Assembly: GCA_040081135.1 (NCBI GenBank)
Contig: JBEBHT010000001.1
Coordinates: 1-47,049 of the forward strand
Direction: 5' to 3'
DNA from: Lacibacter sp.
Lineage (GTDB): Bacteria > Bacteroidota > Bacteroidia > Chitinophagales > Chitinophagaceae
Length of the DNA: 47,049 nucleotides
Program-made: the position numbers and the translations under genes
In this document: one piece after another, positions 1 to 10,130 of the stretch
Layout of the letters: the number at the start of each line of letters is the position of its first letter
Numbering within the stretch: position 1 is the first letter of the stretch
The notes under the pieces: model-generated
Database searches by the model: none
Told to the model about the DNA's origin: nothing
Seen by the model: the letters and a program-made list of their open reading frames with translations, nothing else

Positions 1-119
1 ATGGTGGCCATGGCTGGCCCGGTGGATGACCCGGTGGCCCCATCAGCGATACACCATCACAGGTAATCAGTGCAAATAATTTATTGTGGGATTTTTTCCA
101 GCAGTTTCAATTGCCTTAA
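1..119 (+). pseudogene. 3' end of LpqC/PHB-depolymerase-like alpha/beta-hydrolase with in-frame TGA (partial, begins before the window)
   Basis: Frame 3 reads GGHGWPGG*PGGPISDTPSQVISANNLLWDFFQQFQLP* (TGA at 27-29, TAA at 117-119). GGHxWPGG and ..ISANxLLWDFF resemble the catalytic-His motif and C-terminus of this esterase family. Confidence 0.6.
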
Positions 120-189
120 ACTTCTTCTTAGGTTATAAATAGGTACTAAAACGATTTGTACAATATTTTGGTGAAAGCATACGCTTTAC

Positions 190-3100
190 TTACTGATCGT
201 CATTTTCTTTTTTTTCCTTTCTCTTTTTATTCATATAGGCAGAAGGAAGAATATTGAATTTTGCTTTAAATGATTTGGCAAAATAATTAGGCGTTGCAAA
301 GCCAACTGTATAAGCGATCTCCGCAATGGTCATATCACTTTTTTCCAGCAATTGTGCTGCTTTATTCAGTTTTACTGAGCGGATAAATTCAACGGGTGTT
401 TGCCCGGTTAGTTCAAGCAGTTTACTGTATAATGTACTTCTGCTCATGCCTACATGCCGGCTCAGGGCTTCAACGGAGAGTTGTGTGTCGTTAAGATTAT
501 CTTCAATATAAAGAGCAATTTTTTGAAGCAGCTTGTTTGATGATGATTCTACTTCCACATCAGTGCCAACTATTTCCAATCTTTTACTGTAAGTATTTTG
601 AAGAGTATTGTTGAGAACCAGCAGGTTTTTTATTTTGGCAGAAAGTATTTCAAAATTAAAAGGCTTGGTTATGTAATCATTGGCACCTGTTTCCAGTCCT
701 TTTATCTGTTCTTTTTCGCCGGTAAAGGCCGTTAATAATATTACCGGAGTATGGCTGGTACGTTTATCATTTTTAATTTTTCTGCAAAATTCAATACCAT
801 CCATCTCAGGCATGCCAATATCACTTACAATTAGTTTTGGGTGAGCTGATAACGTTTTTTGCCAACCCTCTAAACCGTTCGTTGCTTCAATTACGTTGTA
901 CTGTGTTCGCAGATTTTCTTTAAGATAGAAACGGAAATCGTCGTTGTCTTCTACCAGTAATATCAATGGTAACAGGTTCTTATTTTGAACTGTGCCGGTG
1001 TGTTGATTTTTTTCTGAAACATTTTCTTCTTTATTTCCAGATGTTTCATTTGGTGTTGATTCTGCAGAATGTACTGTGCTGTTTTGATTAAGCGTGCTTT
1101 CTGTAAACGGGAGCAAAAGGGTAAAGGTGCTGCCTTTCCCCAGTTCGCTTTCCAGTTCAATTGTTCCCCCGTGCATTTTTACAAATTCTTTTGTAATGGA
1201 TAAACCTATGCCAGTGCCACGGTTGAGTATAGACGGGTTGGTTGTGTTTTGAATAAATCTTTCGAAAATGATTTCCTTTTTATCGAAGGGAATACCAATT
1301 CCATTGTCTTTCACTTTCAAAGTAATCCAGGTAACATTACTGTCGGATGATGGGCTTTGTTTTTGAATGTCAAGATTAATGCTGCCATCTTCGGGCGTAA
1401 ACTTAAAGGCATTCGACAAAAGATTAAATAAAATCCTTTCAATTTTATCGTGATCGAATTGCGTATAAAAACTGGTAACAGCAGTGGAGAAGGTGAAATT
1501 GATTTTTTTTCTTTCGGAAAGATCCTGAAATGATTCATACACTTCGTGAATAAATGAAATCAACTCTCCATTTTCTGTCTGTAGTTTTAATTCCTGTTCT
1601 TCCATTTTTCTGAAATCAAGCAATTGATTTACCAGGTTTAATAATCTTCTTCCATTGCGCTTTATCATGTTAAGCTGAGAAGAAAAAGCATTTTCCTTCT
1701 GTTCTGCAAGGATTGTTTCAACCGGCCCGAGAATAAGAGAAATGGGTGTGCGGAATTCATGGCTCAGATTTGTAAGAAATTTAATCTTCAGCTGATCCAG
1801 TTCGTGAATACGCTCAGCGTCCTTTCGCTCCTGCTCTGCACGAAACTGTTCCTGTTTCTGTATATATTTCCTTTGAATTTTCTGAATGCTTCTGTGGCGT
1901 AAGTAAATGAATAAACCCGCTATTACAAAAGCATATAAAAAGTAAGCATAGATTGTGCGCCAGAAAGGAGGATGTACAATTATTTTTATAGTTGTGCCTT
2001 CTTTCGTATTCCAAACGCCATTATTGGCACTTGCTTTTACATGAAATGTATATACTCCGGGATCAAGATTGGTATATGATGCAGAATTTGCTGCTCCAAT
2101 ATAGTTCCAGTCTTTATCAAACCCTTCCAGTTTATAAGCGTAGTTATTTTGTTCAGGTGTTGTGTAATTTAATCCTACAAAACTTAAAGCAAAGTTTTGC
2201 CTGTACTTCAGATCTATACGTTTTGCACTTGAAATGTTTTCTTTGATAGGGCCGTTCTCAGAAGGAAGAACAGGTTTGTTAGAAATGCGTAATTCTGTAA
2301 TAAGTACTGGAGGTGCTATAATGTTTTTTTTGAGTTGTTCGGGATTGAAGTAATTAAAGCCATCAAGCCCGCCAAAAAAAAGATACCCGTTTGATGTTTT
2401 TAAGCCTGAGCCATTAATGAAATTATTATGCTGTACCCCATTATGATAGGTATAGTTTGCAAACAACTTAGTTGAAGGGTCGTATGAACTGAGACCTCTG
2501 TTTGTACTTAACCAGAGAATGCCTTTTTGATCTTCGAGTATTTTATAAATCGTGTTATTAAGTAAACCTTCCTGCTCAGAAATGACAGAGAATTGATTGG
2601 TTTGCTTGTTGAAAAGCCCAAGTCCCGCCCCCAGTGTACCTACCCATAAATTGCCTTTGTGATCCTCAAGAATTGATAAGACTTTATCGTTGGGTAGTTT
2701 GCTGTCTCCCATCATGTAAATGGTAAATTTTCCTGTTTGTGGCTGAAGCATTACCAATCCACCACCATGAGTGGCGATCCAGATATTCCCTTTTTTGTCT
2801 TCAAGTATTGCCCTGATATATGCATTTCCCGGCAGAATTTTGTCATTGGCCTGAGTTGGAGACGGCGTGTATCTTATAATTACTTTGTTTTCTTTGTTCA
2901 ATACATTAATTCCTTTCCCGTTTGTGCCTATCCACTTGTTACCATACCTATCCTTTTCAATACAGAAAATTTCATTTGAATTCAGGTCATCAGGTCCATT
3001 GCCACTTGTCAGTTGCTGGTAGTTTGATGTTTCGGGATTGATAATAAACAGGCCATCAAGATATGTGGCCGCAAGCAATTCATTCTTATCAATTGCTTCT

Positions 3101-4350
3101 AAAGCAAGTACAACAAGCTTTCTTTTATCCGCAGGCAGTTTAGTACTGAGTTTAATTTGCTGAAATGTTTTAGTTGCCGGATTAAACAAACTTAGTCCTC
3201 CGCCGTCAGTACCTACGAAAACATTTCCATTCGGTGCTTCAGCAAATGATGTTACAATAGGTGCAAGAAGTCCCTTCTGGTCGAAGGGATTACTTTTTAC
3301 CAGGTTAAAAAAGTTTAAATTTTTGTCGTACTTAATAATGCCCCCTCTATAGCTGCCGATCCAGTAAATGCCATCTTTATCAATAAGCAACGATTTAATT
3401 GTTTTTACTGTAAGGCTATGGTCATCATGGGTATCAAATTTCATTTGTAGATTTTTGCCCGTATGACTGTCTAAAATATTTAAGCCGTTTCCGGTGCCTA
3501 CCCATAATTTATTATCAAAATCAACAGCCAGTGAATTTATTTCGCTGCTGGTTAAAGAGTTATTGTTGAACTCGTCGTGCCTGTAATTTAAAAATGTGCC
3601 ATTTGATTGCAGTAAGCTTAATCCATTGCTGGTGCCAATCCATATTTTCTTTTGCTTGTCTTCAATAATTGCCCGTACATCATTTCCGCTGAGGCTGCTT
3701 TTGTCGTTTTGGGTATTTAAAAACTCATGTAACAGTGTTTGTGAACTGCTGTATAAATACAACCCATTGAGTGAGCCAATCCATATTTGATTTTTGCTAT
3801 CCCGGAAAAGTGCAGTAACAGCTTTTGTAAACCTTTGCCCGCCTGGTAAATTGAGTCTTTCAATTTTCTTCGTTTTGGGGTCAAGTATATTTACTCCGCC
3901 ATAATGACCAACCCATATTTTTCCGGATGGATCACTGCAAAAACTTAAAATAACATTATGATCTATCGAATTGGCACCCTGAAATGACGGGTAGTTTACA
4001 AAATTGTCATATGTACGGTTGTACATACTTAGCGAGCCCCCACTGGTGCCTACCCATAATCTGCCATCTCTGTCTTCATGAAGAGCTACTATATCATTTG
4101 CCTGTAAGCTATTTTTATCGTTGGGCCTGGTTCTGTAGACAGTAAAATTAGTACCATCGAATTTGTTTAACCCGTCTTCAGTTGCAAACCACATAATACC
4201 ATACCTGTCTTTGAGAATAGCATTTACAGTATTTGAAGAAAGCCCGTCTTTAGTGCTTAGTGATGTAAAACTGATGTTAGTTTGGGCAAAAGAAGCAAAT
4301 AAATACGGAACAGTAAGGAAGAAGGAAAGAATCAGTTTTTTAGTTATCAT
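190..4350 (-). CDS. Hybrid two-component system sensor/regulator (beta-propeller sensor, Y_Y_Y, His kinase, receiver, AraC HTH)
   Basis: Signal peptide, many Reg_prop repeats (GLSSNTV..D..G.MWFAT), YTNLDPGVYTFHVK, TM helix, H-box SHEFRTP, NLLSNAFKFT, GTGIGL, receiver LLVEDNDD..SDIGMP, C-terminal AraC IAEIAYTVGF..YFAKSFK. Confidence 0.97.
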   Translation of the reverse strand: MITKKLILSFFLTVPYLFASFAQTNISFTSLSTKDGLSSNTVNAILKDRYGIMWFATEDGLNKFDGTNFTVYRTRPNDKNSLQANDIVALHEDRDGRLWVGTSGGSLSMYNRTYDNFVNYPSFQGANSIDHNVILSFCSDPSGKIWVGHYGGVNILDPKTKKIERLNLPGGQRFTKAVTALFRDSKNQIWIGSLNGLYLYSSSQTLLHEFLNTQNDKSSLSGNDVRAIIEDKQKKIWIGTSNGLSLLQSNGTFLNYRHDEFNNNSLTSSEINSLAVDFDNKLWVGTGNGLNILDSHTGKNLQMKFDTHDDHSLTVKTIKSLLIDKDGIYWIGSYRGGIIKYDKNLNFFNLVKSNPFDQKGLLAPIVTSFAEAPNGNVFVGTDGGGLSLFNPATKTFQQIKLSTKLPADKRKLVVLALEAIDKNELLAATYLDGLFIINPETSNYQQLTSGNGPDDLNSNEIFCIEKDRYGNKWIGTNGKGINVLNKENKVIIRYTPSPTQANDKILPGNAYIRAILEDKKGNIWIATHGGGLVMLQPQTGKFTIYMMGDSKLPNDKVLSILEDHKGNLWVGTLGAGLGLFNKQTNQFSVISEQEGLLNNTIYKILEDQKGILWLSTNRGLSSYDPSTKLFANYTYHNGVQHNNFINGSGLKTSNGYLFFGGLDGFNYFNPEQLKKNIIAPPVLITELRISNKPVLPSENGPIKENISSAKRIDLKYRQNFALSFVGLNYTTPEQNNYAYKLEGFDKDWNYIGAANSASYTNLDPGVYTFHVKASANNGVWNTKEGTTIKIIVHPPFWRTIYAYFLYAFVIAGLFIYLRHRSIQKIQRKYIQKQEQFRAEQERKDAERIHELDQLKIKFLTNLSHEFRTPISLILGPVETILAEQKENAFSSQLNMIKRNGRRLLNLVNQLLDFRKMEEQELKLQTENGELISFIHEVYESFQDLSERKKINFTFSTAVTSFYTQFDHDKIERILFNLLSNAFKFTPEDGSINLDIQKQSPSSDSNVTWITLKVKDNGIGIPFDKKEIIFERFIQNTTNPSILNRGTGIGLSITKEFVKMHGGTIELESELGKGSTFTLLLPFTESTLNQNSTVHSAESTPNETSGNKEENVSEKNQHTGTVQNKNLLPLILLVEDNDDFRFYLKENLRTQYNVIEATNGLEGWQKTLSAHPKLIVSDIGMPEMDGIEFCRKIKNDKRTSHTPVILLTAFTGEKEQIKGLETGANDYITKPFNFEILSAKIKNLLVLNNTLQNTYSKRLEIVGTDVEVESSSNKLLQKIALYIEDNLNDTQLSVEALSRHVGMSRSTLYSKLLELTGQTPVEFIRSVKLNKAAQLLEKSDMTIAEIAYTVGFATPNYFAKSFKAKFNILPSAYMNKKRKEKKENDDQ

Positions 4351-4751
4351 TTCAATGGATGCATGGTAAGGCTGTGGTGTAAAAATGCAATTTTCTTTTT
4401 ATGCATCATACTATAATTTACTGATATCCGTCATAAAAAAGTCAATTGCTGAATGAATTTGGTTTGTTCAGTTTAAGAGCGGGCAACTTTTTTAAGCCTG
4501 TTTATATCAAAAAATTCTTCCATTCAACTACTTCTCTTTAGTGAAATAGAAGCAAAAAATTGTCGGGTGAATTTCAGACAAAAAAAAATTAAAAACAAAA
4601 CATGAGTTTGCAAAAATGTTTTGCATTATAGATGGAACATAATCTTATTTAATTGATTTTCAATACTTTATTCTGTTTTCAAAAAAGTGTCAATAAAACA
4701 TTTGTTCTATAAGTTTCAACAAAACTGCCCTCCTTTTTTTTGAGGTGAGAT

Positions 4752-4759
4752 TACTTTTG
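4752..4759 (+). promoter_or_regulatory. Putative Bacteroidota -7 promoter element for the PUL
   Basis: TACTTTTG matches TAnnTTTG about 200 bp upstream of the first susC. No canonical TTTG at -33, compatible with activator dependence. Confidence 0.45.
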
Positions 4760-4957
4760 GTTATCGAAATCAAAATTATTGAACGATGCTTGTGCCAACA
4801 AAATCTCCCCTCAGGTAACTGCAACACCAGCAAAGTGAAATATAATGAATGATGTTTATCCGTGGATTGAAAATCACGGGTATAGAATATTATTGATTAT
4901 TTGAAAAAAAACGAATTGCTTATTTATCACACTTTCCCACTCACTAATTTTTCTGAT

Positions 4958-7900
4958 ATGAAAAGAAAACATGCCAATTGGTATCATTCCTGTTTTAATT
5001 CAGTTCTATTAAAAATTCCGAAGCTCCTGCTTTTGGCATTGATAGCTTTTGTATTCAGCATGCATCAGGAACTTCAGGCGCAGAATACTGGAAATATTAC
5101 TGTTACCGGTAGGATAACAAACGAAAATAACGAACCTTTAAAAGGAGCCAGTATCATTGAACAGGGAACAAAAAATGCAGTTGTTGCCGGTGACAACGGT
5201 TCTTTTAGAATTGTTGTTTCCAGCTCTAAATCTGTGTTAGTGGTTAGTTATGTTAGTTACAATGCTGCATCAGTAGTGGTTGGAACAAAACATTCAGGTT
5301 TAGTCATCCAGCTTTCATCCAATGTTCAGTCAATGGAAAATGTTGTGATTGTTGGTTATGGCCGACAGAGAAAGGAAAGTGTTGTAGCCGCAGTAACCCA
5401 AACAACAGGTAAAGTACTTGAGCGTGCTGGTGGTGTTTCAAGTGTAGGTGCTGCTTTAACAGGTAATTTGCCCGGTGTAATCACTTCAGCAAGTACCGGT
5501 TTACCCGGAGGTGAAGATCCGCAGATACTTATTCGTGGCCGCAGCACTTGGAATAATACCGATCCCCTGGTGTTGGTTGATGGTGTGGAACGTTCAATAG
5601 CAAGTGTGGACATCAGTTCCGTAGAAACAATCTCTATTTTAAAAGACGCCTCTGCTACAGCGGTGTTTGGTGTTAGAGGAGCAAATGGTGTAATCCTTAT
5701 TACCACCAAACGTGGTCGTTTGGGAAAACCTTCTATAAGAGCGACAGTTAATACAACTATAAAGGTGCCATCTAAATTGCCCAATAAATACGATTCTTAT
5801 GATGCCCTCAGTATCAGAAATAAAACAATTGAATATGAACTGGCTTTAAAACCTAATAGCTGGAACGATTATTTACCTGAAGCAATTTTACAGAAGTACC
5901 GCAACCCTGCAAACCTGGCTGAGGCTGAACGTTATCCGAATGTGGATTGGGCCAAAACATTGTTTAAGGAGTATGCTGTTTCGAATAATGCCAGTATCAA
6001 TATTGCCGGAGGAACAAGGTTTGTGAAATACTTCTCCAGTGCAGACTTTTTGAATGAAGGGGATTTATTTAAGATTTATGATAATAAAAGGGGTTACGAT
6101 CCGGGTTTTGGATATAACCGTTTGAATGTTAGAAATAATCTTGATTTTCAATTAACACCTTCTACTTTATTTAAAGTGAACCTCGCTGGTTCTTATGCTG
6201 TGAGAAAGTCACCTTGGGCTTTTTCCGGATCGGAATATGGTGCATGGATCGATGCTTATACCACAGCACCGGATGTATTTCTTCCTGTATATGATGATGG
6301 CTCTTGGGGTTTCTATCAGCCTAATGAAGGAAGGGCCGAAAACTCTGCAAGAAACCTGGCCACAAGTGGTATACAGTATAACACAACAGCCAGTATAACT
6401 ACAGATTTTTCGCTGGATCAAAATTTAGACAGACTGGTAAAAGGACTGAGGTTTAATGGAAATATATCGCTTGATAACACATTTACAGAAAGTGGACGGG
6501 GTGTTAATGATTTGTACCATGATGTGCAGCGCAAATGGATAGATCCGGCAACAGGGGCTGTATTTTATAAACAAGCCTATGATGGTCTTACAGGTTTTGA
6601 TTTTCAGGAAGGCATCAACTGGGCTTCAAGTGCGGGCAGTATTACATCAAATTACCGCAGACTTTTTTACCAGTTGCAACTGAACTATGCTACCACTATA
6701 GCCCGGAAGCATTATATAACAACAATGGGACTTGTAAACCGTAACCAATACGCAACAGGCAGTGAAATTCCCCGCTATCGTGAAGATTGGGTGTTTCGTG
6801 GCACTTATACATATGCCGGTAAATACACAGTAGAGTACAACGGATCTTACAATGGTTCCGAGCAATTCAGTGCAAAAAATCGCTTTGGGTTCTTTCAGTC
6901 CGGTGGTGTAAACTGGGTTGTTACCAAAGAAAAATTCATGAAAAATGTTAAGTTCCTTGACCTGTTAAAAATAAGGGCTTCATACGGGCAGATAGGATCA
7001 GATAATGTTGGTTCTGCAAGATGGCTTTATTTGTCGCAATGGGGTTATGGTGGCCGGTCCCGCCTTGGAGTAACGAACGAAGCAGCTGAGCAAAGCCCTT
7101 ATGTTTGGTACCGTGAAACTTCTGTAGGAAACCCTGATGTTCAGTGGGAAAAATCAGAAAAGAAAAATATTGGTTTCGATGCAGAACTTTTCAGAGGAAT
7201 ATTATCAGTAAAGGGCGATCTGTTCCAGGATAATCGTACAGATATTCTGATTGCAGGAGGCAGCCGTTCCATCCCATCTTATTATGGAGCAACGGCGCCT
7301 GTAGCAAATTTGGGTAGAACAAAAACAACAGGGTATGAGTTTGAAGTGCATGTAAAATATCCATTTGCCAATAAGCTGAGAGTATGGGCAGATTTGAATA
7401 TGACTCACGCAAGAAATGTTGTGATTGACAGAGATGATCCTGCATTAGCTCCGGAATATCAGAAAGCAGCAGGAAAAGAAATCGGTCAGGCTTATTCTTA
7501 TGTAAGCGGTGGTTATTATAACAGTTGGGATGAGTTGTACGCAAGTACAATGTGGGATGTGAATGATGGAGCAAATGGCCAAAAGTTACCGGGTAACTAT
7601 TATATCATTGATTACAACGGCGATGGTGTAATTGATGCAAAAGACAATATCCCTTATAATTATTCTTCTGCGCCCCAAAACACATACAATGCAACTTTTG
7701 GTGCAGACTGGAAAGGCTTCAGTGTATTTGTACAGTTTTATGCTGCAAACAACGTAACACGCCAGGTGGTGTTTAACAGTTTGGGTTCACAAAGCCATAC
7801 TGTATATAATGAAGGCAGCTATTGGTCAAAAAATAACACCAATGCCGATGTGCCAATGCCACGCTGGCTTTCTACTCCTGCAGGGTATTATCGTGGAGAT

Positions 7901-8155
7901 CAATATATGTACGACGGGTCGTATGTACGTTTGAAAAATGCAGAGCTCTCTTACACGTTCGAAAAAACAAGTTCCAAGGTTATTAAGAATTTCGGTATTG
8001 ATAATTTACGTGTTTATCTGAATGGTAATAATCTGGCGGTTTGGTCTAAAATGCCCGACGACAGAGAATCAAACTTTGCCGGTACAGGATGGGCATCACA
8101 AGGAGCTTATCCCACAGTAAAACGATACAATTTAGGCCTGAATTTAACTTTCTAA
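4958..8155 (+). CDS. susC: SusC/RagA TonB-dependent glycan transporter (first of tandem pair)
   Basis: Plug signature PLVLVDGVER..ILKDASATAVFGVRGANGVILITTKRG, N-terminal carboxypeptidase-like domain, C-terminal Phe. ATG 4958 preferred over TTG 4901. Confidence 0.95.
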   Translation: MKRKHANWYHSCFNSVLLKIPKLLLLALIAFVFSMHQELQAQNTGNITVTGRITNENNEPLKGASIIEQGTKNAVVAGDNGSFRIVVSSSKSVLVVSYVSYNAASVVVGTKHSGLVIQLSSNVQSMENVVIVGYGRQRKESVVAAVTQTTGKVLERAGGVSSVGAALTGNLPGVITSASTGLPGGEDPQILIRGRSTWNNTDPLVLVDGVERSIASVDISSVETISILKDASATAVFGVRGANGVILITTKRGRLGKPSIRATVNTTIKVPSKLPNKYDSYDALSIRNKTIEYELALKPNSWNDYLPEAILQKYRNPANLAEAERYPNVDWAKTLFKEYAVSNNASINIAGGTRFVKYFSSADFLNEGDLFKIYDNKRGYDPGFGYNRLNVRNNLDFQLTPSTLFKVNLAGSYAVRKSPWAFSGSEYGAWIDAYTTAPDVFLPVYDDGSWGFYQPNEGRAENSARNLATSGIQYNTTASITTDFSLDQNLDRLVKGLRFNGNISLDNTFTESGRGVNDLYHDVQRKWIDPATGAVFYKQAYDGLTGFDFQEGINWASSAGSITSNYRRLFYQLQLNYATTIARKHYITTMGLVNRNQYATGSEIPRYREDWVFRGTYTYAGKYTVEYNGSYNGSEQFSAKNRFGFFQSGGVNWVVTKEKFMKNVKFLDLLKIRASYGQIGSDNVGSARWLYLSQWGYGGRSRLGVTNEAAEQSPYVWYRETSVGNPDVQWEKSEKKNIGFDAELFRGILSVKGDLFQDNRTDILIAGGSRSIPSYYGATAPVANLGRTKTTGYEFEVHVKYPFANKLRVWADLNMTHARNVVIDRDDPALAPEYQKAAGKEIGQAYSYVSGGYYNSWDELYASTMWDVNDGANGQKLPGNYYIIDYNGDGVIDAKDNIPYNYSSAPQNTYNATFGADWKGFSVFVQFYAANNVTRQVVFNSLGSQSHTVYNEGSYWSKNNTNADVPMPRWLSTPAGYYRGDQYMYDGSYVRLKNAELSYTFEKTSSKVIKNFGIDNLRVYLNGNNLAVWSKMPDDRESNFAGTGWASQGAYPTVKRYNLGLNLTF

Positions 8156-8167
8156 ATTTTAATCATA

Positions 8168-10084
8168 ATGAAAAGGTTCATTCATAAAATTCTTATTATC
8201 GGTGTAGTATTTTTTACGGTAAGTGTGGTATCATGTAAGAAATACCTCGATAAATCTGCAAACTCTACCGTTTCAGAAGCAGATGCATTTAAAAACTTTA
8301 CAAACTTCCAGGGTTTTACAGAAGAACTATATCACTGTATTCCTGATTTTTCGAATGCTTACTGGACCAATTCATGGAATTGGGGAGAGGACGAAATACA
8401 ATCATCTGCACTTGATTTTCATTTTATCAATAAAATTGACAACGGAAATTTCTGGGGATGGCAATCAGGATTTGATGGCTGGCAGGCAGGATGGATGGAT
8501 AGGAACAACACTTCAACTAATGATGACCGTTTCACAAAATCCTTATGGAAACTTTCATGGTATGGTATACGCAAAGCCAATCTGGGGCTTGAGAATCTTG
8601 ACAAAATGAACGATGCCACAGAAGAAGAAAAAAACTTAATTAAAGGACAATTATTATTTTTCAGGGGTTGGTTTCATTTTCAACTGATGCAGTATTTTGG
8701 AGGCTTACCTTACATTGATCGTGTATTGCCAGGTGATGAGAAATTAACACTGCCCCGTTTAACTTACCAGGAGTGTGCTGCAAAAGCTGCTGCTGATTTT
8801 AAGGGTGCAGCTGATATTCTGCCTGTTAATTGGGATAATACAATAGCCGGAAAAAGAACGTTGGGAAAAAATGCCTTACGTATTAATAAGATTATGGCAT
8901 TGGGTTATTTGGGTAAAAACAACCTTTGGGCAGCAAGTCCCTTAATGAATAATGGACCTGCCGGTAATAAGACTTATAATGCTGATTTGTGCAAGCAAGC
9001 TGCCGGAGCATTTGCAGAATTATTAAGCCTCTGTGAAGGTGGCCAGGCAACTTACAAACTGGTAGATTTTTCAAAATATTATACCAACTTTTATACTACC
9101 GGTAATAACTGGGAAATGCCGGGAAGTACTGAAGCTATCTTCAGAGGACCTTATTACGGAGCAAACAGTTCAAACTGGGGAACCAGTAAACAATATCAGC
9201 CCACCACAATTGAAGGCGGTGATGTTAAGTTTATACCAACTGCCAACTATGTTGATTATTATGGTATGGCAAATGGGTTGCCTATTACGGATATAACCCA
9301 GCCTGATGCTGAATCTGGTTATGATCCCCAGTACCCATGGAAAAGTCGTGATCCCCGTTTTTATAATGATATTGTATACGATGGTGTAAAATGTGTACAA
9401 GGCTCAATGGCTGTTTCTGATTCAATAAACCGTTATGCAAATCTTTATCATGATGGTACAAATGTAACAGCGGGAACTGGTGGTGTAGGAAGCTATCGCA
9501 GTATAGCTACTGGCAGTCGTACAGGATACCTGCTGTATAAATTTATTCCACGTACTGCCAATAAATTTGATCAGGGGTATAGTTACGATAAATCCCTCAA
9601 CATACACCTTCCCTATATGCGTTTGGCTGATGTATACCTGATGTATGCTGAAGCAGTAGCGCAAGGTTATGGCTCACCACAAAGCACACAGTCAGGATAT
9701 GGAAAATCTGCAGTTGATGCAATTAATGTTCTCAGAGACAGAGCTGGTGTAGGTCATGTAGCAGCCAAATTCCTTGGATCGTTGGATGCATTTATGCCGG
9801 AACTGAGACGTGAACGTGCAGTAGAACTGTCATTTGAAGGGCATCGTTTTACTGATCTGCGCCGCTGGTTATTATTAATAGAAGCACCTTACACACAAAA
9901 GAAAACAGTTTATTTCGACCGGGTTGGCGGATTCAACAGAGCCGATCCTAAGTTAAGTAAGGTTGCAAACCTGAGAGAGGCTTTGATCCTGGAAAGAAAC
10001 TTTACAAGTAAACATTACTGGTTCCCGTTAAAAACAGCTGAAGTAAACATGTACCTGGAGTTTAAACAAAATCCGGGCTGGTAA
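8168..10084 (+). CDS. susD: SusD/RagB glycan-binding lipoprotein
   Basis: Lipobox VVSC, RDPRF, MRLADVYLMYAEA, RRERAVELSFEGHRFTDLRRW, C-terminal QNPGW. Confidence 0.95.
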   Translation: MKRFIHKILIIGVVFFTVSVVSCKKYLDKSANSTVSEADAFKNFTNFQGFTEELYHCIPDFSNAYWTNSWNWGEDEIQSSALDFHFINKIDNGNFWGWQSGFDGWQAGWMDRNNTSTNDDRFTKSLWKLSWYGIRKANLGLENLDKMNDATEEEKNLIKGQLLFFRGWFHFQLMQYFGGLPYIDRVLPGDEKLTLPRLTYQECAAKAAADFKGAADILPVNWDNTIAGKRTLGKNALRINKIMALGYLGKNNLWAASPLMNNGPAGNKTYNADLCKQAAGAFAELLSLCEGGQATYKLVDFSKYYTNFYTTGNNWEMPGSTEAIFRGPYYGANSSNWGTSKQYQPTTIEGGDVKFIPTANYVDYYGMANGLPITDITQPDAESGYDPQYPWKSRDPRFYNDIVYDGVKCVQGSMAVSDSINRYANLYHDGTNVTAGTGGVGSYRSIATGSRTGYLLYKFIPRTANKFDQGYSYDKSLNIHLPYMRLADVYLMYAEAVAQGYGSPQSTQSGYGKSAVDAINVLRDRAGVGHVAAKFLGSLDAFMPELRRERAVELSFEGHRFTDLRRWLLLIEAPYTQKKTVYFDRVGGFNRADPKLSKVANLREALILERNFTSKHYWFPLKTAEVNMYLEFKQNPGW

Positions 10085-10130
10085 TGGTGTGATGTAATAA
10101 AAAATGAACAGCAAATTAAACTTTAATAAA

